Shown here in pieces: positions 52,816 to 61,013 of a stretch of 64,000 nt of DNA. The DNA is taken from NCBI GenBank assembly GCA_963665325.3, contig OZ224045.1, positions 1,056,001 to 1,120,000 on the forward strand. Reading direction: 5' to 3'. The position numbers and the translations under genes were made by a program. Every line of letters begins with the position of its first letter. Position 1 is the stretch's first letter. The notes below the pieces were generated by a model. That model did no database searches and was not told the origin of the DNA. It worked only from the letters and a program-made list of their open reading frames with translations. Source of the stretch: Alphaproteobacteria bacterium (GTDB lineage Bacteria; Pseudomonadota; Alphaproteobacteria; Bin95).

Positions 52816-53061
52816 GAAGTATCGACCAACGGCATGGAAGCCTTGTGGAGCCTCTTCAAGCGCTCATACCACGGCACGTTCCACAAGCTGTCGCAGAAGC
52901 ACCGCGTTCGCTATGTGCGAGAGTTCGCTGGACGCCAGAATATCCGCGATATGGACACCATTGACATGATGCGCGTCCTCGTGCGCGGCATGGCCGGCAA
53001 GCGGTTGCGCTACCGCGACCTCATCGCCGATAATGGACTACCAAGCGGAGCGAGAGGATGA
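52816..53061 (+). pseudogene. IS1595-family transposase C-terminal fragment
   Basis: TNGMEALWSLFKRSYHGTFHKLSQKH..RYV.EF..R.N...GKRLRY.DL. Confidence 0.82.
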
Positions 53062-53252
53062 TGGAACGCGACTCCATGGCGACCCGATGGCTTAGGGAGA
53101 ATCCGAATCCAGGCTTTGTTGCCATGGGGATGCTGCCGCTCCGTGCGCAGAAAACTGTCACAGAGGAATACATCTTCCCGGATGGGTCTATGCTACGGAT
53201 AGTCGAGAATGGAACAGACAAGGAATATATGGCATTTAGCGTACCAAAGTAG
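53058..53252 (+). CDS. hypothetical protein (64 aa)
   Basis: ATG overlaps the transposase stop; GAGG RBS. Confidence 0.4.
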   Translation: MMERDSMATRWLRENPNPGFVAMGMLPLRAQKTVTEEYIFPDGSMLRIVENGTDKEYMAFSVPK

Positions 53253-53272
53253 ACAATCTATTGCAGCATAAA

Positions 53273-53824
53273 TTAATTTTGATCCTGAAAAGTGTATTGC
53301 GGGTGTTTCATCTTAATTTTTTGTTTAGCAGACTCAATATCGTGCGATGCAAGATATGGCTTCATGCCGGTCAAATATTCCATCGCTTGATATCCAGAAA
53401 GTTTTTCATTTGGATAGAGCCCAAACTTGCGCAATTCTCCGATTGCAATCTCTATGTTGCTTTGATTTTCTGGAGAAATATTGGGAATTGAATAAACCGG
53501 GAATTGAGAACCTGGAATAATAATGGTAAGGAGATCTATCCACTCAACTAAAGCAGCCCTATTTCTATCACTTTCTCGTTTCTTTTTCTGTCGTATCTTT
53601 TCTGGAACACTTAGAATCATCACTATCTTGTGCCATGCAGAAAAGAGTATCATGGCGACACCGACAACAAAAATGCCCATGTAAATGGAATGCAAACTGA
53701 CAAAACCTCCTATCTCCTCTATCCAAATATCTCGATCTGGCCTAGATGACCATTCTCGGATAGATACAGCCGCATTGAATAAGCCAATCAATAGGGAAGC
53801 TATTTTGGAAACACGACCCAACAT
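53273..53824 (-). CDS. low-GC hypothetical membrane protein
   Basis: 183-codon ORF open in AT-rich DNA; two N-terminal hydrophobic segments. Confidence 0.6.
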   Translation of the reverse strand: MLGRVSKIASLLIGLFNAAVSIREWSSRPDRDIWIEEIGGFVSLHSIYMGIFVVGVAMILFSAWHKIVMILSVPEKIRQKKKRESDRNRAALVEWIDLLTIIIPGSQFPVYSIPNISPENQSNIEIAIGELRKFGLYPNEKLSGYQAMEYLTGMKPYLASHDIESAKQKIKMKHPQYTFQDQN

Positions 53825-53885
53825 TTTGTCGTACCTATTCTTGGACCTATTGATCCGACAGAGTCGCGACGGGATCAGAACAAGC

Positions 53886-54116
53886 CTAGTGGGGTTCCCG
53901 ACTCGCAGTCAACGCACTGACATTACCGGATACACGGAAGAACGAGTCGAAAGTCGCCCGTCCGCGAACACGCCACGTCCTGAAAGCCTCCTCCAGCAGA
54001 CGGCCGGCCTCAGGGTCATAGGGGTAGAAGGATGCGGCGAAGCCCCACAAGTCCACCGGGCCGTTCGCTTCGTCCAGTGCCTCGGCAAGACGCGACAGAA
54101 GATGTTCAAGGGTCAT
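53886..54116 (-). CDS. hypothetical protein (76 aa)
   Basis: strong AAGGAGGT RBS 5 nt upstream of the ATG. Confidence 0.55.
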   Translation of the reverse strand: MTLEHLLSRLAEALDEANGPVDLWGFAASFYPYDPEAGRLLEEAFRTWRVRGRATFDSFFRVSGNVSALTASREPH

Positions 54117-54177
54117 GGCGACCTCCTTGATACGGAGGCCGATTGACGCTCCGGTTCGCCCGCGCTATGCAGCGTAG

Positions 54178-54257
54178 CAACGTCGTTGTCCGCTTCCGGC
54201 CGCGAAACCAGCGGGCCCAAAGAGCCAGCCCGATAGCACGGTCTGGCTCTTTGTGCG
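54178..54257 (+). ncRNA. candidate antisense small RNA
   Basis: TTGACG-17-TATGCA promoter-like site upstream; ends in hairpin CAAAGAGCCAG...CTGGCTCTTTG. Confidence 0.35.
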
Positions 54258-54347
54258 TCTAGAAGAAATCTAGAGTGTCGTGCGGCAGGCCGTCAATCTA
54301 CGCAGCGTCTGCTTGACACGCCTGTCTGCGCAAGCGCAGGCTTCCTC

Positions 54348-54472
54348 TTGCACACATCCAGCGGCGCCCCTGTCGGGCCGCTCGCTGAATAGAATAGCCT
54401 CGCGAGTCGTCAGGGTAGCTCCCTGGCGCGGGTGAATAGGCGGGGCCTCCGCAATTCTCTGGATGTGTGCAA
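54348..54472 (+). ncRNA. candidate structured RNA closed by a perfect 14-bp stem
   Basis: TTGCACACATCCAG (54348-61) / CTGGATGTGTGCAA (54459-72), several internal hairpins, TTGACA at 54313-18. Confidence 0.4.
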
Positions 54473-54524
54473 CGGCCCGACGCCAGCGGGGCCGCGCTGG
54501 GCCATATGCGAAGGCACTGGACCT

Positions 54525-54941
54525 ATGAGAAAACCGACAATCGCCGTTGTCGCTGCGATTTTGCTTAGCCTTGCAGCCGCGCCCGTAACGGCGGCCACCA
54601 AGTGCCGGGGTGACTATGACGAGCGCCGGAAATGCGAGCAGGAGAAGACGGACCGGCTCATCGTGCGTTTGGAGGCCAAGACGAAAGCCCTGAAAGGCGT
54701 CGAAGAATGTGCGCGTCGGGTACTTGTGATCTCGGCCACCGTCGCCGGCGCCTCGATGGGGGTGCGCCCCGAGGCAATCCCCGTGTTGGTCAAGAACCGA
54801 CGGCAAGAGATGGACAAGCGCTTCAACGCGGCGCTGGAAAAGCCGGTCGAACTACTGGCAAGCATTCTTCAGGGACTGATCTTGGTTCCCGACGATCAGG
54901 AGCACCAGATCATTGATGACTGCCTTGCGTCTCTGAAATAG
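54525..54941 (+). CDS. hypothetical secreted protein
   Basis: signal peptide MRKPTIAVVAAILLSLAAAPVTA; four Cys. Confidence 0.6.
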   Translation: MRKPTIAVVAAILLSLAAAPVTAATKCRGDYDERRKCEQEKTDRLIVRLEAKTKALKGVEECARRVLVISATVAGASMGVRPEAIPVLVKNRRQEMDKRFNAALEKPVELLASILQGLILVPDDQEHQIIDDCLASLK

Positions 54942-54975
54942 GCGAGGCTGGTCCGTCCGCCGCGCCGTTGCTACC

Positions 54976-55446
54976 GTGACCCGCCAACACCGTGAGACCA
55001 TCATGCAGAATTCATACGAAGCGGCAGCCAAGTCCGCCCAGCAGTTCTACGACGTCGAAGCAACTTGGATGCGGCATATACTGTTGATCGCATCAAGCGC
55101 TTTGACGCTTCTCGTTATCCTGAATCAAGACATTCCCGAGCGAGATTGGCCTCGCGGTTTTCTCGCCGCTGCTTGGGCACTTCTGGGCACCGGTATCGTG
55201 GCAGGAGGCGTGGCCTCCCATGCAACGGTAAACGTCTCGCGAAGTCTTGCAATCCAGCAAGGGTTAGCTCTCGTAGAGGAACTTCGTACTGGCCGGCATG
55301 CGCTGCCAACTCCTGTGCTTGAAGAAAGAACCTATAGGGTGAGCAGGAAGATAATGGTGACCGCCCTGATCGGCGCCGTGATCTGTCTGACTGGATATGG
55401 AATGACCACGCTGCTAGGCGATGCCAAAATCTCTGCTGCACCGTAG
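54976..55446 (+). CDS. hypothetical three-TM membrane protein
   Basis: three hydrophobic segments; follows the previous ORF on the same strand. Confidence 0.6.
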   Translation: MTRQHRETIMQNSYEAAAKSAQQFYDVEATWMRHILLIASSALTLLVILNQDIPERDWPRGFLAAAWALLGTGIVAGGVASHATVNVSRSLAIQQGLALVEELRTGRHALPTPVLEERTYRVSRKIMVTALIGAVICLTGYGMTTLLGDAKISAAP

Positions 55447-55604
55447 GGTGTCCAAGCCTCACAGCGTAGAATTCGGACATCTCATCCTCCATGCGGCATC
55501 CTAGCGGGTCGGCGCTCGCCTGCCGACGGCCGCAATGCGGGCGGGGCGGATCGGGCATACCCTTCATGGACGATTCACCCCTTAACCCAATCGGAGACAC
55601 CGAA

Positions 55605-55787
55605 ATGCCAGCCTCGAAGGAGAGTGAGTCCCAGAAGCGCCCGCGCGGGCGCCCCGTGACCCGCATCGTCAAGCTGCCGACAACCAGCCCGGAGCAGGCG
55701 GCGCGGACATTCTTCTCAGGCGTGAAGCGCCCCGATCCTTCGCTTCGCATCTCCCGGAAGAAAAAGCCCATTGGCGCCAAGGCTTGA
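55605..55787 (+). CDS. small basic protein with RGRP (AT-hook-like) motif
   Basis: GGAG RBS; KRPRGRP...TSPEQAARTFF. Confidence 0.45.
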   Translation: MPASKESESQKRPRGRPVTRIVKLPTTSPEQAARTFFSGVKRPDPSLRISRKKKPIGAKA

Positions 55788-55830
55788 GGGCCGTTGGCTA
55801 GCATTCGCCATAATCACCAAAAAATTCCTT

Positions 55831-56280
55831 CTACTCGTCTTCCCACGGAAGCCGCCCCACCCGCATGTCGGCGTCGCCCTTTTTATTCCCTCGCCGTACA
55901 CTCTCTGTGCGATCTTCGATGAGGGCTGAATATTGGCGGAACACATCCTCCATCACTTCATTTTCTTCGACCCCGACATCCTCTATTCGAATAGTCCTTG
56001 TCGCCGCAGGATGCATCAAAATCGTGCCGCACACGCTCCTAATGGGTCTGCCGTTGAGCTTTGCTACTCGCAACATCTTGAACTCCACGCCCAACCCAAT
56101 ATGGTTTACGTCTATGTGGAGGTTGCTCCAGATCGACTCGGGAATACCTTTTGCCTTGCAGTAAACCTCGCTCCAATCCCCCTCCCTGAATTTTCGCCCC
56201 ATCATAGTTGCAACTTTACCCGCAAGAAGAAACTTTACCTTGCGTGCCTCTGCTAACGAAAACGACTGCAACGTACTCAC
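55831..56280 (-). pseudogene. truncated conserved hypothetical protein, possibly restriction-endonuclease-like
   Basis: low-GC ORF with MMGRKF.EGDW, WSNL.IDV, GVE.KM (PD-(D/E)xK-like D...ExK), MHPAATR; TAG appears premature. Confidence 0.45.
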
Positions 56281-56643
56281 CTTCCATCTCCCAAACACTT
56301 GCTAGCCTTCAATCGGAACTCGGCGAACCCCACCACCCCTCGATCAACTTCTATTGCCTGAGCTGGGGGAGGATCAACCGTGCATAAGGGTCCGTATACG
56401 GCGGTTCGACGGAGTTAGGCTGTTCACAGGCGTCGCAGGTGTTGACCGGCGCGCCGCTTGGAGCCGATCGGCGCCTTACGCGATTGATCCCGTCGGATCC
56501 CGCGGGGTCGGGGCCCGGCACTCAACGGCAAAACGGTCCGCGCACAGGCGCTTGCCTTGGGAGTCGGGGTCCAGCCCCGCTGCCGGGAGGCCCCCGCCGG
56601 GGTCTCCGCGGCAAGCGAGACGGCAGCTCCGCCTTTCCCGGCC

Positions 56644-56677
56644 CGCCCTTGCCGGCTGACAAGGGCGGCCGTTTTCG
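56644..56677. terminator. hairpin, possible intrinsic terminator
   Basis: CGCCCTTG-N8-CAAGGGCG followed by GCCGTTTT; just downstream of ORF 56683-56886. Confidence 0.4.
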
Positions 56678-56682
56678 TCCGG

Positions 56683-56886
56683 TCAGATCCACTCGCCGGC
56701 CACGGACAGGCGCGCTGCGCCGCTCCGGTGCTCGACGATCCAGCCGACAAGCTCCCGGTCCGTGTCCACGAGCGGAAAGGCGCGAGCCTCGCCGATCCAG
56801 TCCGCCGCCGCTTCCGCAGCCGGCAGGGTCTCGAACAGTTTCAGGCGCTCAACCTTGATCTTCTGCTGCATGAGGTCGGTCTCCAT
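56683..56886 (-). CDS. hypothetical protein (67 aa)
   Basis: ORF with host-like codon usage downstream of the nuclease gene. Confidence 0.4.
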   Translation of the reverse strand: METDLMQQKIKVERLKLFETLPAAEAAADWIGEARAFPLVDTDRELVGWIVEHRSGAARLSVAGEWI

Positions 56887-57035
56887 ATATTCGGTTCGGT
56901 GAAACGCCCTTGCGACAAGCCCGGCTGCCCGCAGGCAAACCTGTTCGCGGATGACTTGTCGACGAATGGGCAAGAGGCCGTCCTGCTCCCTGCGCCTCTC
57001 ATGACGCGGGACGGCAGGCGGGATGCGCCGGCGGG

Positions 57036-57983
57036 TCACCCGGGCAGCCGCGCGGCCGCCTCGACGCGATCCAGCATCTCCAGGATCACGGACTCCAGCG
57101 AGACGTCGTAGATCTCGCTGACAATGTTGAGGTAATCGGCGAACTCCTCCGGCGGCACCACGGCTTCGGGATAGTTGCGCCGGAGCTCGCCATGCAGGCG
57201 TTTTTCCTCGATCAGCGCCGCCCGGCCGGTCTTCATCGGGACGATCCGAAGGATGCTGGCCTCCACATGGCCGGGCACGCCCAGCTGGTAGTGCATGCGG
57301 GATTCCGGATCGCGACTCATTCCAACTTTCAGCACCGGGCGGCGGTCAGGAGGACAAAAACGCATCAGGTAAAGCGCGCTCGGCTCGGCGGACCAGACAT
57401 CGCCGCAGTTCTCGCAAGAGAAGCGCCCGGTCTGCATGTTCGCGCGCGCGATGCGCTGCGTCTCGCCGCAGCCGTCCTCATGGGCGTAAAGGCGATAATT
57501 GGGATCGCCGTCCGGATCGGGCCCCGCGAGCCGCCAGCCGCGGGCGCGGGCCTCCTCCTCCTCGCGGGCCCGGTGGCAGACCTCGCAGCGCAGCCCGGTC
57601 GTGCCCTCCACGACGCGCGCGATGAGCTCGAACTGGCGCCGGACCTCATGGCCGCATTCGGTGACGCGGTAGCGGCCGTAATGCGGGTCGTCCGGGTCCC
57701 GGCCGAGATAGGCCAGACCGGCCGACTGCGCCTTTTCCTGCCGCTCGTTGAACTGGCAGCCCTTGCACACGGGCTTGTACCGCAGGAGCACGAAGGCGCG
57801 CGCCAAGTTCAGCTCCCGGCAGATCCGGCACTCGAGCGCGACGTGGTAGCGGTCGATCACGCGGGCCACGATGCAATAGCCCTTCTCTTTGGCCGCGCGG
57901 ACCCAGGTCTCGGGCGGCGCGGCGTTGTAAACGGAGTACTCGGTATCGCCGATGCGAAGCGTGTCGGCGGTCAAACGGGACAT
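57036..57983 (-). CDS. GIY-YIG (T5orf172/MUG113-like) nuclease with N-terminal Zn-binding repeats
   Basis: CRIC, CKGC, CGH, CEVC, CENC; C-term LYLM...LKVGMS..PESR...EKRLH...SEIY; GAGAGGA RBS. Confidence 0.7.
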   Translation of the reverse strand: MSRLTADTLRIGDTEYSVYNAAPPETWVRAAKEKGYCIVARVIDRYHVALECRICRELNLARAFVLLRYKPVCKGCQFNERQEKAQSAGLAYLGRDPDDPHYGRYRVTECGHEVRRQFELIARVVEGTTGLRCEVCHRAREEEEARARGWRLAGPDPDGDPNYRLYAHEDGCGETQRIARANMQTGRFSCENCGDVWSAEPSALYLMRFCPPDRRPVLKVGMSRDPESRMHYQLGVPGHVEASILRIVPMKTGRAALIEEKRLHGELRRNYPEAVVPPEEFADYLNIVSEIYDVSLESVILEMLDRVEAAARLPG

Positions 57984-58095
57984 GATGCTGTCCTCTCTCA
58001 CGCGGGGGCCGGTCCGCGGCGCCGATGGCGCGCGGGAGGGCATCCCCGTCATTGCAGGATGGCGGCGCGGCGCCGTTCAGCGCGGCGCCGAAGAA

Positions 58096-58359
58096 TCAGG
58101 GATGCAGGGCGGTGTCCGGAGGCCCGGACGGCCGTGCGGAGCAAGCGGCCGCGCCGGGCGCACCGCGCATCGTGACCGTCGGAAGCGGCCGCGCGCCATG
58201 GGCAGCGAGGCGGCGGCAACGCCAGCCGCCACCGCGTTCGGCGCAATGCGCGAGGTCCGCAGCGAAGCCGTGCGGAAACCGCTTCGCGCCGGTCGATACG
58301 GGGGGGTCAGATGAGGTGGCAGCCGGCGCAAGCGCCGTGCTAGCGTCATCGATAGCCAT
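58096..58359 (-). CDS. hypothetical protein
   Basis: GGAGAG RBS, divergent from the RHH gene; protein unrecognised, may be decayed. Confidence 0.3.
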   Translation of the reverse strand: MAIDDASTALAPAATSSDPPVSTGAKRFPHGFAADLAHCAERGGGWRCRRLAAHGARPLPTVTMRGAPGAAACSARPSGPPDTALHP

Positions 58360-58481
58360 GTGATCTCTCCAGTAGATCGTTTGGTCAGGACGGCGCAAGA
58401 GCTTCGACCTTCTTGCGCCGTCCGTTTTATTATTATAACGTTGTTGATATCGTTTACAACCCCCATCGAGGAAATTCTTTT

Positions 58482-58664
58482 TTGGGCCGGCCACCAAAGG
58501 ACTCCCAAGGCGTCATGGTTCGCCTCCCAAGGACCATGATCGAGGCGCTTGACAGGCTGCGTGCGGAAAAGCCGGAGCATCCCTCCAGACCCGAGATGAT
58601 CCGGCGCATCGTCTCGGACTGGCTTGTGGACAACGAGCGGAGCGGCCGCAACCTGCGCGCCTGA
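58482..58664 (+). CDS. ribbon-helix-helix (CopG-like) regulator
   Basis: MGRPPKDSQGVMVRLPRTMIEALD......PSRPEMIRRIV; TTG start after GAGG. Confidence 0.7.
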   Translation: MGRPPKDSQGVMVRLPRTMIEALDRLRAEKPEHPSRPEMIRRIVSDWLVDNERSGRNLRA

Positions 58665-58798
58665 GCGAGGCGCCGCCTACTGACGGCCGTGAAGGCCATG
58701 CTCTCGGGCTCGGGGGCTCGGTTTTCCGGAGGTTCGCGAACCGCCCGGCGGCGGGCCTCGACACTCTGCCGGCATCCGAATGCGGCAGGCCGGGGACG

Positions 58799-58825
58799 GG
58801 ATCCCCGCCTTCTCGGGGACAGGCT
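58799..58825. repeat. REP-like palindrome remnant
   Basis: GGATCCCCGCCTTCTCGGGGACAGGCT resembles alphaproteobacterial ATCCCCGCCTTCGCGGGGA-type extragenic palindromes. Confidence 0.4.
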
Positions 58826-59058
58826 CCGGTTCCCGGGCCATCACGCGGCAGGTATCGGGGCGCTTCCGGTAGGTATTTTCCGGAGCTACCTCTCGATCCC
58901 TTCACTCGTGGTAGCTGCACCGGGTTCGCACGCTTGTCGGCGTCCAACAGCGACGCCTAACAATGCAACGGTCACGCCGAACGGCACCTTCGTGAACTGC
59001 GCCCAATCCGTTCACCCGACATGCTGCAGTTCAGCCGCCTGCACCTGGCAGCGATATC

Positions 59059-59952
59059 TTACGGTCGAACTCGAAACACGGCGGACACGGCGCAGTGATC
59101 CGGGTGCGGCCCCCGGCGCGGCCATTCCCGGAACGAGCCCTCCACCGGCATCGCCTCCGCTCCGCCTCCCGCCACAATGTGGTCGATGAAGGCCGGAAAG
59201 CGGGGGTCGCAGCGGAACGGCACATCCTCGGTGAGCAGCAGAAGCGGCGCCGATGGCGGCGACAGCAGACGCCAGGCCCAGTCGCCAGGCAATGCCAGAC
59301 GGCGGTTGAAGTCGCCCAGGATGACGAAGGCGGCACCCTCGGTCCGGCGCGCATCGACCCAGGCCTTGAGGGCCTCGATCTGGCCGCGCAGCATCGCGCA
59401 GGCTTTCCTGCTTTTGTTGCCCCGGTCCTGTTTCCTGCCCCAGCAGCCGGTCTTGAGATGCACGGACAGCAGGCGCAGCTCCTCGCCGCCAGTAACCGCT
59501 GCGATGTCGGCGCCCCAGCGCTGGAAGGCGTCCCCGCCTCCCGACGTCTTCAGATCGGCGTTGCGCCGATATCGAATGCCCTTCCGGATCGCGAACCCCG
59601 TCGCCAGATGCCCGAGACGCGCCTCGCGCTTGCCCCAGCAGGCCCGGCTGCGCTTCATCGGCGGGCGCCCGGACATTTCGATGTTCCAGTTCGAGGCCGG
59701 GAACACGCGGCGCGCGGCCGCCTCGTTCTCCACCTCCTGGAACGCGACGATATCTGCATCAAGTTCCTCAATCCGCTTCGCGAGTGCACTGTAGTCGGCG
59801 CCGTTGCGCCCGACGCACCCTTCGCCGTCGGTATCGTCCAGATGCTCCAGGTTCCAGTCCGCAATGTGCAGGTCGCCGGCGACCGCTGCCGCCGACGCCA
59901 GCGACAGCGCCAAGAATGCCAGCAGCGCATATCCGGCAGCGCGCATTGTCAT
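59059..59952 (-). CDS. secreted endonuclease/exonuclease/phosphatase (EEP) family protein
   Basis: signal peptide, WNLE, DIVAFQEV, VHLK, LGDFNR, IDHI, DHC. Confidence 0.85.
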   Translation of the reverse strand: MTMRAAGYALLAFLALSLASAAAVAGDLHIADWNLEHLDDTDGEGCVGRNGADYSALAKRIEELDADIVAFQEVENEAAARRVFPASNWNIEMSGRPPMKRSRACWGKREARLGHLATGFAIRKGIRYRRNADLKTSGGGDAFQRWGADIAAVTGGEELRLLSVHLKTGCWGRKQDRGNKSRKACAMLRGQIEALKAWVDARRTEGAAFVILGDFNRRLALPGDWAWRLLSPPSAPLLLLTEDVPFRCDPRFPAFIDHIVAGGGAEAMPVEGSFREWPRRGPHPDHCAVSAVFRVRP

Positions 59953-60096
59953 CTCCCTCGTCGTCCAGGCAGCCGGTGTCGGGTATCGGCGAATCCCGTC
60001 CCCCTGCTCTTGCCTGGAGACCTTCACCGCCTGCGGGATGGACGGTAGAAGAGGCATTCCATACGAATATAACCGTATGAGGGAAAGTTATCCGGG

Positions 60097-60972
60097 ATGA
60101 CGAACCGGTTTTCAGAACCCGGCGCCGGCACGCACATTTCGGCGACGGTCAAATTGTACGATCCGGCAAAGGGTTACGGTTTCCTGGTTCCCGGCGACGG
60201 CTCGCCCGACATTTTCTGCGGGAAAGCGGCATTGGCCGCGGTCGGTCTCGATACCCTTCTCGCCGGGGCGACGGTCGCCTGCGAGACGGCGCCGGGCCGG
60301 CGCGGGCCGGAGGTCTCCCGGATCCGTGCCGTCGATTTTTCCACGGCATCGCCCCGCACGGCCTCTATCGCCCGACCGCGCGATGACGGAAGGACCGCCG
60401 CCCGACCCGATGCCGGGCAGCCCGGTGCTGCAGCTTCAGGTCGCGCGGTCCGGGCCATCGTCAAATGGTTCCACCCGGACAAGGGTTACGGCTTCCTGGA
60501 GCCCGGGGACGGCTCTGCCGACCTGTTCTGCCACCTGACTGCCGTGCAGGCGTCGGGATATGACACGCTGCCCCAGGGCGCGGCGGTAAGCTGCGAGATC
60601 GCACCGGGCGACAGGGGACCCCAGGTGTCGAGGATCCTCTCGGTTGACCCGCCGGCGTCCGGGTCCGCCCGCACCGGACTCCGATCCGGGGGCCCGGCGG
60701 TCCGCAACCGCTCGTTCGAAGCCCGGCACCCGGGCCCGCTGGTCGATGATCCGCCGCGGGCAGACATGGAGGCGCCAGGCTCGGTCAAGTTCTACGATCC
60801 GGCGAGAGGGTTCGGCTTTGTCGTGCCGGACGATGGCGGCCCCGAGGTGTTCGTCCATTCCAGCGTCCTGTTTCGTTCGGGCATGACCGATCTGCTACCG
60901 GGACAACGCGTCTTCGTCCGAGCCGAAAGCGTGCCGCGCGGGCTCCAGGCAAGGGAAATAGAGCCGCTCTGA
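60097..60972 (+). CDS. protein with three cold-shock domains
   Basis: three VK.(Y/F).P.(K/R)G(Y/F)GF...(D/E).F RNP1/RNP2 units with low-complexity linkers. Confidence 0.85.
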   Translation: MTNRFSEPGAGTHISATVKLYDPAKGYGFLVPGDGSPDIFCGKAALAAVGLDTLLAGATVACETAPGRRGPEVSRIRAVDFSTASPRTASIARPRDDGRTAARPDAGQPGAAASGRAVRAIVKWFHPDKGYGFLEPGDGSADLFCHLTAVQASGYDTLPQGAAVSCEIAPGDRGPQVSRILSVDPPASGSARTGLRSGGPAVRNRSFEARHPGPLVDDPPRADMEAPGSVKFYDPARGFGFVVPDDGGPEVFVHSSVLFRSGMTDLLPGQRVFVRAESVPRGLQAREIEPL

Positions 60973-61013
60973 ACGGGCCGGCATCACAGCGGACAGCCGC
61001 ATCGGAGGAAAGC

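Noticed and set aside
54348-54472. Retron msr-msd
   Set aside because: The closing stem resembles a1/a2, but there is no long msd hairpin and no reverse transcriptase ORF in the window; kept only as an unclassified RNA candidate
47240-56527. 12-bp direct repeat CGGCACTCAACG (47240 and 56516) as attL/attR
   Set aside because: A repeat this short is expected by chance in 64 kb of high-GC DNA, and hydantoinase sequence does not resume after the second copy
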